From Candidatus Nitrospira inopinata (GTDB lineage: Bacteria > Nitrospirota > Nitrospiria > Nitrospirales > Nitrospiraceae), in assembly GCF_001458695.1 (NCBI RefSeq), contig NZ_LN885086.1:1140001-1172000 (forward strand): a DNA stretch of 32,000 nucleotides. The letters are read 5' to 3'. Every line of letters begins with the position of its first letter. The first letter of the stretch is position 1. Position numbers and translations under genes: made by a program. The notes beneath the pieces were generated by a model that had not been told where the DNA came from, made no database searches, and saw only the letters and a list, made by a program, of their open reading frames with translations. Shown piece by piece: positions 9,766 to 17,568 of this stretch.

Positions 9766-9807
9766 ATGAAAACAACTGGTTCGAGTGCCGGGCTCGGTGC
9801 GAACCGG
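9766..9807 (-). terminator. Candidate intrinsic terminator downstream of the REC-GGDEF gene
   Basis: GC-rich hairpin at 9776-9807 (CTGGTTCG...CGAACCGG outer stem with an inner CCG-GGCT-CGG stem). Read on the minus strand it is followed by TTGTTTTC (9775-9768). Confidence 0.4.
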
Positions 9808-9832
9808 AGGACGTCCCGTGCCAACGTCATGA

Positions 9833-9866
9833 AAGAGACAGAATTGTACGGGCTCCGTCTCTTTTT
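9833..9866. terminator. Hairpin with flanking A/T tracts (terminator-like in both orientations)
   Basis: AAAGAGAC(A)G ... C(C)GTCTCTTTTT: a 5-6 bp GC-containing stem plus A:T extensions, with T5 on the plus strand and TTTC on the minus strand. Confidence 0.3.
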
Positions 9867-9955
9867 CGACCGTGAGCGTCTGGGACGGTGATTTTTACGG
9901 CGTGATGGGGAGAAGCGCTCAAAGCCCGTTATCTGTGAGGATAGCGCACAGAGGC

Positions 9956-10888
9956 TTAGAGCGGCTTGACGCGAAGAGCGGGTGAAAAAGAGCGGGCGGT
10001 CACGTGAAACTGAAAAGAGTTTCCCCCCAGTTGTTTGGCTCGGTACATCGCGGCGTCCGCGTGTCGCAGGAGATCGTCGATGTCATGATCGTCCAGCGGA
10101 TAGACGGTAATGCCGATGCTGACCCCGATGGAGGCCCGTCCCGATTCGAGAAGAAACGGCTCGGCTATTGACTTGGTGATCCGCTCGGCGACGTGAATGA
10201 TATCGTCTTCATGAGAAAGGCTTTCCAGGATGATCGTGAATTCATCGCCGCCCATGCGCGCGACCGTGTCCGCTTCGCGCACGCATGCTTTGATCCGATC
10301 GGCGGCGGTTTTCAAAACATGATCGCCCGCCTCGTGTCCCAACGTATCGTTGACGGTCTTGAATTGATCAAGATCGAGCAGCATGAGCCCCAGCGATTGC
10401 CGAAGTCGTTTGCTTCGCGCCATCGCGTGAAGCAACCGGTCGCGGAACAGCGTGCGATTGACGAGGCCCGTCAACTGGTCGTACTGAGCCAAGTAGGTCA
10501 ACCGTTCTTCGGCCCGCTTCCGCTCGATGGAGTAGCGGATCGAGCGCGCCAGCAATTCGCCTTGGTTCCGCCCTTTGACGAGATAGTCTTGCGCGCCGGA
10601 TTGAACGGCTTGAAGAGCCAAGGCTTGATCGCTCAGCCCGCTGAGGACGATGATCGGAATTCTGGGGTTCGCCGCTTGGATCTGTCCGAGAGAGGCGAGT
10701 CCGTATCCATCCGGAAGAGAAAGGTCCAACAGAACGGCGTCGAAGCGATCGCGGGCGAGTCGGTCGATGGCTTCGTCCAAGCGCACCACGTGCGTGACGT
10801 CAAATGACCCGACGCTCCATTCGGCCAAGATGTCTTGGGTCAACAGGGCGTCCGTTTCGTTGTCCTCGATCAGCAAAATCTTGAGCAT
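9956..10888 (-). CDS. Response regulator receiver - GGDEF diguanylate cyclase
   Basis: REC domain (ILLIEDNETD, phospho-acceptor context DAVLLDLSLPDGYG, SGL...K). GGDEF domain with an intact active site RMGGDEFTIIL and an RxxD I-site (READ) exactly 5 residues upstream. Confidence 0.93.
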   Translation of the reverse strand: MLKILLIEDNETDALLTQDILAEWSVGSFDVTHVVRLDEAIDRLARDRFDAVLLDLSLPDGYGLASLGQIQAANPRIPIIVLSGLSDQALALQAVQSGAQDYLVKGRNQGELLARSIRYSIERKRAEERLTYLAQYDQLTGLVNRTLFRDRLLHAMARSKRLRQSLGLMLLDLDQFKTVNDTLGHEAGDHVLKTAADRIKACVREADTVARMGGDEFTIILESLSHEDDIIHVAERITKSIAEPFLLESGRASIGVSIGITVYPLDDHDIDDLLRHADAAMYRAKQLGGNSFQFHVTARSFSPALRVKPL

Positions 10889-10960
10889 CGACGTGCCGCG
10901 AACTCCTTTGGGAATGGTCCTGCCGACTCTCTTCGGGCGGCGTCGGCCATCCTTTTTACA

Positions 10961-10988
10961 AGTATAGCCGATGGAGCAGAATCAACAA
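10961..10988 (-). promoter_or_regulatory. Possible sigma70-type promoter for the REC-GGDEF gene
   Basis: On the minus strand, TTGTTG (10988-10983), a 16-nt spacer, then TATACT (10966-10961), about 75 nt upstream of the ATG at 10888. This is pattern match only. Confidence 0.25.
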
Positions 10989-11094
10989 GAAAATCGAGCC
11001 GTTTCGGCAACGTGGGGGAGAAAAGCCGGAGGAGAAGGAGGAGCCTATCGGATCAAATCAGTGGCGCGGCGGCGCCCGTGTTTTTCTTCCGACG

Positions 11095-11433
11095 TCAGGA
11101 GCCCTTCATCAGGAGGCGCGCGCCGTTCGGATAGGCGCCGATCGGAAGCTGTTCGGGGCCGATGGCGGCTTCGCAGGCATAGCCCGGTTCCAACGGCCAG
11201 AGCAACGAGCGCCCGGCAAGATTCCCCCGCAAGTGGATATAGCGAAATGTGACGCCCAGGCGAGCGGCGTCCTCTTTGACCTTTTGGACACAGGCGTCGG
11301 CCGAGTAGGCGCGGCGGGCAATCAAAATGGGGGATCCCGACTCACTGTGGAACATCACGAACTCACCGGCACAGCCCGGGAGAAGTCCCACCGCGAGCAA
11401 CAACCAAGCCAGTGATCGGCCTCTTGTCCCCAT
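11095..11433 (-). CDS. Putative lipoprotein (112 aa), unknown function
   Basis: MGTRGRSLAWLLLAVGLLPGC: positively charged N-terminus, hydrophobic core and a lipobox-like LPGC. A further Cys pair sits in the mature part. Confidence 0.6.
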   Translation of the reverse strand: MGTRGRSLAWLLLAVGLLPGCAGEFVMFHSESGSPILIARRAYSADACVQKVKEDAARLGVTFRYIHLRGNLAGRSLLWPLEPGYACEAAIGPEQLPIGAYPNGARLLMKGS

Positions 11434-11525
11434 GAGGTCCCTTTCGATCGTCGTGACACCGAGCATCGATCCCAAGTGCCCCAATGCACGGTTTTCAAAG
11501 TATAGCATTCCAACGGTCCGCGGCT

Positions 11526-12326
11526 CTATGGAGCAGGGAGCAAACGGGTCAATTCGATGAACTGTTCGATGGAGAGGGTTTCGGCACGAATATCCAAAGG
11601 AAGAGCCAGGCTTTTGAGTGCCGTTGTTACGGCTTGATGAGGGTATCCTTGGTTTTTAAGGGAATTGACGAGGGTTTTTCGTCGATGGGCAAAGGAGGCT
11701 TTGACTAAGGAGGCGAACCGGAGTTCCTCTTCCGGCGAGAGGGTCCGCGTTTCTCTTGTCTGCAGGACGACGACGGCCGATTCCACTTCCGGCCGGGGAC
11801 GAAAACATCGAGGCGACACCTTGAACGATTTCTCGATGGTCGCCGCGTACTGAGCCATGACCGACAAGACGCCGTAATCGGACGTCCCGGGCTTCGCAAC
11901 CAAACGGTCCGCCACTTCGTTCTGCAGCATGAGCACCAGTCGGGGGAACCGCCGCCGGTGCTCCAGCAATCTGAACAAGAGCGGCGTCGACAGATAGTAG
12001 GGCAGATTCGCCACCACCACCGTACCGATCGGCATCTCCTCAAACGGATAGGCCATCGCATCCGCCGGCACAAGGTGAAGGTTGGAACGATCGGAATACC
12101 GTTCGATCAGGTAATCATAGAGGCGACGGTCGATCTCAATCGCCGTTACGCGATCCGCAACTCGGCACAGTTCGATGGTGAGAATTCCTCGGCCCGGTCC
12201 GATCTCCAGCACCGAATCCTTGGGGGTGAGGGCCGCCAGCGAGACGATTTTACGGACGATGTTGGGATCGATCAGAAAATGTTGGCCCAGGCGCTTGATG
12301 GGGACGGGCGGTGCGCTTCTCTCCAC
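11526..12326 (-). CDS. rsmA: 16S rRNA (adenine1518/1519-N6)-dimethyltransferase
   Basis: LGQHFLIDPNIVRKIV, SAM-binding site EIGPGRGILT and the NLPYY motif. Sits in the classical pdxA-ksgA neighbourhood. Confidence 0.95.
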   Translation of the reverse strand: MERSAPPVPIKRLGQHFLIDPNIVRKIVSLAALTPKDSVLEIGPGRGILTIELCRVADRVTAIEIDRRLYDYLIERYSDRSNLHLVPADAMAYPFEEMPIGTVVVANLPYYLSTPLLFRLLEHRRRFPRLVLMLQNEVADRLVAKPGTSDYGVLSVMAQYAATIEKSFKVSPRCFRPRPEVESAVVVLQTRETRTLSPEEELRFASLVKASFAHRRKTLVNSLKNQGYPHQAVTTALKSLALPLDIRAETLSIEQFIELTRLLPAP

Positions 12327-12329
12327 CCG

Positions 12330-12647
12330 TCAGCCTCCGGGGCGAGAGGTCTCGGCCAGGCGCTTGGCCAAGGCCGTAAGGGGAGCACGGTAACAGTCCA
12401 CCAGATCGGTGAATTCCTCAACCAAGTCGTTGGTGAAGGACGGACCGGGCCGGATCGCGGAGAACGCCAGCCCTTCTTGCCGTCCCACGGTTTCGGTCAA
12501 CAGGGCGGCGGTGGTGCTTTTCCATTGCGCGATTCGTTCCGCTCCCGCGACGGTGTTGAGATCGTGCAGCGTCCGTCGCTCCAGGGCGTCCAATTCCTCG
12601 AGTTGTCGCCGAACGACGGCGAGGGATCTGGAACGATCGTCCGTCAT
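12330..12647 (-). CDS. Hypothetical protein (105 aa) embedded between pdxA and rsmA
   Basis: Its ATG overlaps the pdxA stop (ATGA at 12647-12644) and its stop lies 3 nt before the rsmA start. The composition is helical or coiled-coil-like (RRQLEELDALERRTLHDL). No family recognised. Confidence 0.55.
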   Translation of the reverse strand: MTDDRSRSLAVVRRQLEELDALERRTLHDLNTVAGAERIAQWKSTTAALLTETVGRQEGLAFSAIRPGPSFTNDLVEEFTDLVDCYRAPLTALAKRLAETSRPGG

Positions 12648-13708
12648 GAGGAAGGAGCCTCCTGACGCCCATGGGAGCGGGATACGCGGTTTGCGGCGAT
12701 CGTCGCGGCCAGTTTGATCGCTTCAAGCAGACTGCCGGGATCGGCGATGCCTTTCCCCACGATGTCGAACGCCGTCCCGTGATCGACCGACGTGCGGATG
12801 ATCGGTAAGCCGACCGTCAGGTTCACGCATTTGCCGAAGGCCACCAGTTTCAGCGGAATCAATCCCTGATCATGGTAGAGGGCGACGACGGCGTCGTATC
12901 GGCCGTTCGCCGCCTTGCCGAACAGGGTATCGGCGGGCAAGGGATCGCTGGCGTCGATGCCTTGCGCTTGCGCCGCTCTCGAGGCCGGAAGGATCACGCG
13001 GGTCTCTTCGTCGCCGAAGAGACCATGCTCGCCTGCGTGGGGATTGAGCGCCGCGACACCGATCCGAGGGTGTTTAATCCCGAACAGACCCGTGAGCGCC
13101 ATGTGGGCCAGCCGGATGGCCTTTTCAATTTTGGCTTGGGTCAGCGAGGCCGGGAGATCCTTGATGGCGAGATGAGTCGTGGCGAACATGACGCGCAACG
13201 GTCCGCCGACGATCATCATGCCGGATTCCTCGGTGTGAGTCAGGTCGGCCAGCAGCTCCGTGTGGCCCGGGTAGCGGCAGCCGGCCAAGTTGATCGCTTC
13301 TTTGTTGATCGGGGCGGTGACGATGCCGTCGAGGGCACCGGCCAACGCGAGCGCGACGGCTTTCTTGATGTAAGAGACCGAAGCAGCGCCGGTGACGGCT
13401 GATGCGATGCCCGGTGTAAACGACCCTAATGGGTTGTCGAGGGAATCAAGCACCGCCAGGGTTCCGTCGAGCGGTTGGAGTGAGTCGGGGCTCCCGATCG
13501 GGCGAACGGTCAGGGGCAGTTTCAGGCCGTCAATTGTACGCTCCATCACGGCGGCCGATCCGATCACCACGAGTCGGCACAGAGAATGGAGGCTTCGATC
13601 GGCGGCCGCCTTGGCGATCACTTCCGGTCCGATCCCCGCCGGATCTCCCATCGTGATGCCGAGCAGGGGCGGTTGCGTAGATGGCGTTTTGATCCGTCCG
13701 GCTGTCAT
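12644..13708 (-). CDS. pdxA: 4-hydroxythreonine-4-phosphate dehydrogenase
   Basis: LGITMGDPAGIGPEV N-terminal motif, YPGHTELLA and NPHAGEHG metal/substrate motifs. Confidence 0.95.
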   Translation of the reverse strand: MTAGRIKTPSTQPPLLGITMGDPAGIGPEVIAKAAADRSLHSLCRLVVIGSAAVMERTIDGLKLPLTVRPIGSPDSLQPLDGTLAVLDSLDNPLGSFTPGIASAVTGAASVSYIKKAVALALAGALDGIVTAPINKEAINLAGCRYPGHTELLADLTHTEESGMMIVGGPLRVMFATTHLAIKDLPASLTQAKIEKAIRLAHMALTGLFGIKHPRIGVAALNPHAGEHGLFGDEETRVILPASRAAQAQGIDASDPLPADTLFGKAANGRYDAVVALYHDQGLIPLKLVAFGKCVNLTVGLPIIRTSVDHGTAFDIVGKGIADPGSLLEAIKLAATIAANRVSRSHGRQEAPSS

Positions 13709-13723
13709 GGTCGGTGTTGATGA

Positions 13724-14731
13724 TCAGGGGCGAAGAGCAAGGTACACCGTGTACCCGATGTAGAGCAAGGCGCCGCTCCCGAGAAGCCAAGCGCGCCAAT
13801 AGCCGCCGATGAAAAGCTGGAGCAGGTAAAAACTCGCCGCTTGCAGGGCCAACACCATCGTTGAACTGGCCGAGGCCGTAATCACCCAATCGGTTCCGAT
13901 CAAGCCGACGGAAACGGGGATGGTGCCTTGAAAGACCATCGCGCCCGTGACGTTGGCGACGGCCAGACGGTCTTTTTTCCGATAGAGCCAGAGAAAACTG
14001 TTCGACATCTCGGGGAGCTCGGTCGCGAGCGGGGCGATCAACAACGCCAAGAGCAGCGGAGAAATCGCAAAGGCGCCGGCCATCGACTCCGTCGCCGTCA
14101 CAAACAGGTGCGCCCCCAAAATCAATCCGGCCAGGCCGGTCAACGTTTGCAGCCCGATCATCAGGCGGGGAGGCGTGGCTTTTGATTTTGCGAAAATGAG
14201 CGGTTCCGGCTGGCTGCCGTCTCCATCCTCCTGCGGGGCGCTCAGCTTCAGCCTCATGTAATAGATGTAGAGGCCGGCCAAGACCACGGCCGCGATCAGA
14301 TGCACGAGTCGATAGGGACTGTAAATACAGCCCAAGGCGATGATGTAGCCGACCAGAAAAAATCCCAGGTCGGTCACCACTTCGCTGTAGTTGAGGTGGA
14401 ATCGCGCCGTGCGTTTCCCGGCCCAGGCATAGAGCAACAGGAGGAGGGCGAGAAGGGGAAGGACCAACGTGCTGAGCATGAACGGGGCTCCCAGAATCGC
14501 CCCCAGTCCGACGTCCACCTCATCTTGGCTTTCTCCAAAAAAGATCGCAATGATCGGGATGGACGTTTCGGGCAGGGTGGTGCCGATGGCGGCGAGAATA
14601 CTGCCCACCGCGCCTTCCGAAATGCCCAATCGTTTGCCGAGCCATTCGATTCCATTGGTGAACAACGTGCAGGCGCCCAACGTCACGGCAATGGAGACGA
14701 GAAACAGCAGCGCATAAAACAAAGCATCCAT
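13724..14731 (-). CDS. Cation/Ca2+ exchanger (CaCA family, YrbG-like) membrane protein
   Basis: About 10 TM segments with two alpha-repeat signatures, GTTLPETS and ATELPEMS. Confidence 0.85.
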   Translation of the reverse strand: MDALFYALLFLVSIAVTLGACTLFTNGIEWLGKRLGISEGAVGSILAAIGTTLPETSIPIIAIFFGESQDEVDVGLGAILGAPFMLSTLVLPLLALLLLLYAWAGKRTARFHLNYSEVVTDLGFFLVGYIIALGCIYSPYRLVHLIAAVVLAGLYIYYMRLKLSAPQEDGDGSQPEPLIFAKSKATPPRLMIGLQTLTGLAGLILGAHLFVTATESMAGAFAISPLLLALLIAPLATELPEMSNSFLWLYRKKDRLAVANVTGAMVFQGTIPVSVGLIGTDWVITASASSTMVLALQAASFYLLQLFIGGYWRAWLLGSGALLYIGYTVYLALRP

Positions 14732-14771
14732 ATGTTTGAACCGTGAAGCGGGTCGTTCCTTTCCTCTGAGA

Positions 14772-16025
14772 TCAGCTCTTCGGCTTGATCTCCGTTGTCG
14801 TGCTTCGTCCTGTCCTCCGACCGGCGTGATAGATGCGGCAGGCCTCCTCCATCACGCTTCTGAGAGACAGTCCGGTACGGTCGGCGATGGCCTTGCAGTC
14901 GCGATACTCGGGAGCCGCCTTCTCCATTCCGTCGGCCGTCGTGGCGACCTTCATGCGGACCGTACCGCCGGAGATCTTCACCGGTACAACCAGCCGGGGG
15001 AGCACCAGCCTGGACAGTTCTTGCGCGCGCACGCCGAGCGTGGGTGTTTCCTTGAACAACACATCGAGGATTGCTTCGCTCCGTTCCGGCGCGGTCAGGC
15101 AAGTGAGAATCACGCCGGGTCTGCCTCGTTTCATGATGGCCGGGGTCAGCGCGACGTCCAAAGCGCCGGCTTGAAACAGGCGATCCATGACATGCTCGTA
15201 GACCTGTGGCGCCAGGTCGTCAAGGTTCGTCTCAATCTGGATCACACGGTCCATCGCCCGGTTGCCGCCGGCTATCGGCTCGGAAAGGAACACGCGCAAG
15301 ACGTTCGGCCAATTCTCCGGATCGTGATCGCCGGCGCCGCACCCGACCGCCGCGATTTTCATCGTCGGGGTCGAACCGAAATCCGATACGAGGGTTCGCA
15401 GCAGCGCCATGCCGGTGGGGGTGGCAAGCTCGCAACGCGGCCCCTCGGAATAGACGGGAATCCCTTTCGCCAGAACCGCCACGGTCGGCCCAGGCACCGG
15501 CAACGGGCCGTGGGACGTCGGTACCGTCCCGCTCCCCACGTTGACGGCGGACGCCGTGGCGCCGGTGACGTCCAGGAGATGGCAACCCAGCACGCTGCCC
15601 ACCACGTCGATCAACGAATCGATGACTCCCACTTCATGAAAACGGACCTTGCGGCCGGCTGTGCGATGGGCCGTTCCCTCCGCCTCGGCCAATCGATCGA
15701 ACACGTCAAGGCTCCGTTGTTTGACGGCGGGCGGCAGGGCGCCGGCGGCCACGATCCGGCGGATGCGAGGAAGCGAAAGGGGCCGCTCGAATCCCTGTCC
15801 GACGATCACGTCAACCTTCGTGGCTTCCAACGATCCCCGACGCACGGTCCGCTTGCGCAGCCGGTATCCGCTCAACTTCAGGCCTTTGAGTCCGTTCACC
15901 AATGTGGTCCAAGGCAGTCCGGCGTCGACGAGCGCGCCCAGCATCATGTCGCCGCTGACGCCGGAAAAACAGTCGAAATGCAGATGGCGCCCCACGCGTC
16001 TCCTCTTCGCGGAATGGCCGACCAT
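14772..16025 (-). CDS. larC: Nickel-pincer cofactor biosynthesis nickel insertion protein LarC (DUF111)
   Basis: N-terminal HLHFDCFSGVSGDMMLGALVDAGLP, the LarC/DUF111 signature. Full-length (417 aa) fused LarC1-LarC2 form. The ATG at 16025 is preferred. The ORF is open to 16181, but the extension is Arg-rich. Confidence 0.88.
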   Translation of the reverse strand: MVGHSAKRRRVGRHLHFDCFSGVSGDMMLGALVDAGLPWTTLVNGLKGLKLSGYRLRKRTVRRGSLEATKVDVIVGQGFERPLSLPRIRRIVAAGALPPAVKQRSLDVFDRLAEAEGTAHRTAGRKVRFHEVGVIDSLIDVVGSVLGCHLLDVTGATASAVNVGSGTVPTSHGPLPVPGPTVAVLAKGIPVYSEGPRCELATPTGMALLRTLVSDFGSTPTMKIAAVGCGAGDHDPENWPNVLRVFLSEPIAGGNRAMDRVIQIETNLDDLAPQVYEHVMDRLFQAGALDVALTPAIMKRGRPGVILTCLTAPERSEAILDVLFKETPTLGVRAQELSRLVLPRLVVPVKISGGTVRMKVATTADGMEKAAPEYRDCKAIADRTGLSLRSVMEEACRIYHAGRRTGRSTTTEIKPKS

Positions 16026-16143
16026 CTTACCCAAGGGAACGGCGCGCGGCAATTTGTTTCCGTCGTCTCGTTGACAGCCTCCCGTCGCTGTGTTATCCGA
16101 AACGACACGATCGCGCGACGTCATCGGAGATTTTGCTCGCCTC

Positions 16144-16737
16144 ATGAAGACCGAAAACGCACGACCGTTTCCCCCGCGCATCAGACGGTTCGCGTCGCCG
16201 CGTCACAGGGGCCTGGGATTCCATTCATCTCCACGGCGGACGGTTTTGTCCTGGACGGCGGCGCTGTGCCTCTGTCTGGCCGTCTTCGTGTCGATCAACG
16301 GCGAAGCTCGAACCAAGCCCGATCGCGTTCCGCGACCGGAACCGGAGCTCAAGATCGTCGATCTGAAAATGGATCCCCTTCCGTTTGAACCGGGGAACGG
16401 GCCCTTGCAAATCATGGTGACCGTGCAGCTCCCCAAAGAGTTGGACGAGGCGTTTATTCTGGAAGTGACGTCATTGATCAGTTCGCCGTCCAAAACGTCG
16501 CTTCGCTTTCTGACCCACCGACAGCCGGTTGAGGTTCCACAGGGAGAAGAAGGCCAAGCGGATCGGTCGAGACTGTCCGTCGAGCTCCTCTGGGACGGGC
16601 AGGACCACCGTAAACAACAAGCCGCGGCGGGCATCTATTCTTACGAAGTCCGGACCAAGTTGCTTGCCGACGGTGAAAAGGGCCCGCGCACCGTCATGGT
16701 GGCATGGCCCAAGCGGGGCACGTTGGAAGTCAAATAA
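16144..16737 (+). CDS. Hypothetical secreted protein, probable beta-sandwich (Ig/FlgD-like) fold
   Basis: Basic N-region followed by the hydrophobic segment VLSWTAALCLCLAVFVSINGEA. The mature part is rich in alternating beta-strand patterns (LKIVDLKMDP..., LQIMVTVQLP, GIYSYEVRTKL). The start is uncertain (16090 GTG or 16144 ATG). Confidence 0.5.
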   Translation: MKTENARPFPPRIRRFASPRHRGLGFHSSPRRTVLSWTAALCLCLAVFVSINGEARTKPDRVPRPEPELKIVDLKMDPLPFEPGNGPLQIMVTVQLPKELDEAFILEVTSLISSPSKTSLRFLTHRQPVEVPQGEEGQADRSRLSVELLWDGQDHRKQQAAAGIYSYEVRTKLLADGEKGPRTVMVAWPKRGTLEVK

Positions 16738-16794
16738 CGGACGGTTGGGTGACAAACGATCGGGGGAAAAACCGGGAGAGGTCGGCAAGAGCGG

Positions 16795-17568
16795 CTACGC
16801 GCCCACTGGTGCTCCGTCTTTCAGCCCCAGCGTATTAATCCGGTGGGCTAGACAGCCTGCCCCAAAGCCGTTGTCGATGTTCATGACTCCGACGCCGGCC
16901 GCGCAGGAGTTGAGCATCGTGAGCAACGCCGACAGCCCGCCGAAACTCGCTCCATAGCCGCGACTGGTGGGGACCGCGATCACCGGACCACTCACCAAGC
17001 CGCCCACGACGCTCGGCAAGACTCCGTCCATGCCGGCCACGACGATGATCACCCTGGCGTCAAAGAGCCGTTCTTTTCTGTCCAGCAGCCGGTGAAGGCC
17101 GGCGACCCCCACGTCGTACAGCCGGTCCACGCGGCTTCCCATGACTTCCGCCGTGATCCGGGCCTCCTCCGCCACCGGGATATCGGCGGTGCCGGCAGTG
17201 ATCACAAGGACATGGCCGCGTTTTGTCCAGGGGCGTGGCGGAACGGCGACGACGCGGGCATCGGGGTAATATCGAGCCCGAGGGACGAGCCGCCGAATTG
17301 CGCGGCCCGTGGATGGTTCAGCCCGCGTGGCAAGGAAAGGGCCGCCGTGTTTCACGAGGGATCGTGTAAGGGCAAGAATCTGGGCGAGCGTCTTGCCTTC
17401 GCACAGCACCACCTCGGGGAACCCCTGACGCAACGAACGGTGATGGTCGGGCGAGGCGAAGCCCAGGTTCTCGAACGGCAGGGATCGCAGCCGTTGAAGC
17501 GCCTGCTCGATCGTCGTCCGTCCTTGACGGACCTGTCGGAGGAGTCGCTCAAGTTGTTCCGGACTCAT
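16795..17568 (-). CDS. larB: Nickel-pincer cofactor biosynthesis protein LarB (PurE-like NaAD carboxylase/hydrolase)
   Basis: PurE-like C-terminal domain VIIVVAGMDGVLPSVVGGLVSGPVIAVPTSRGYGASFGGLSALLTMLNSCAAGV, typical of LarB. Its ATG overlaps the gpsA stop (ATGA at 17568-17565). Confidence 0.88.
   Translation of the reverse strand: MSPEQLERLLRQVRQGRTTIEQALQRLRSLPFENLGFASPDHHRSLRQGFPEVVLCEGKTLAQILALTRSLVKHGGPFLATRAEPSTGRAIRRLVPRARYYPDARVVAVPPRPWTKRGHVLVITAGTADIPVAEEARITAEVMGSRVDRLYDVGVAGLHRLLDRKERLFDARVIIVVAGMDGVLPSVVGGLVSGPVIAVPTSRGYGASFGGLSALLTMLNSCAAGVGVMNIDNGFGAGCLAHRINTLGLKDGAPVGA

Noticed and set aside
9776-9807. GGTTCGAG... sequence superficially resembling a tRNA T-arm
   Set aside because: There is no acceptor stem, D-arm or anticodon arm around it. 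It folds as a simple long hairpin and is better explained as a terminator.
11027-11087. Purine run GGAGGAGAAGGAGGAG followed by the hairpin GGCGC-GGCG-GCGCC and GTGTTTTTC on the plus strand, downstream of the lipoprotein gene
   Set aside because: No start codon lies at a usable distance from the SD-like run. The hairpin is short (5 bp). It is probably just the terminator region of the minus-strand lipoprotein gene or a chance structure.
14736-16388. 550-aa plus-strand ORF antisense to larC
   Set aside because: Low-complexity Arg/Gly/Ala-rich translation. larC on the opposite strand carries the diagnostic DUF111 motif. This is a shadow ORF.
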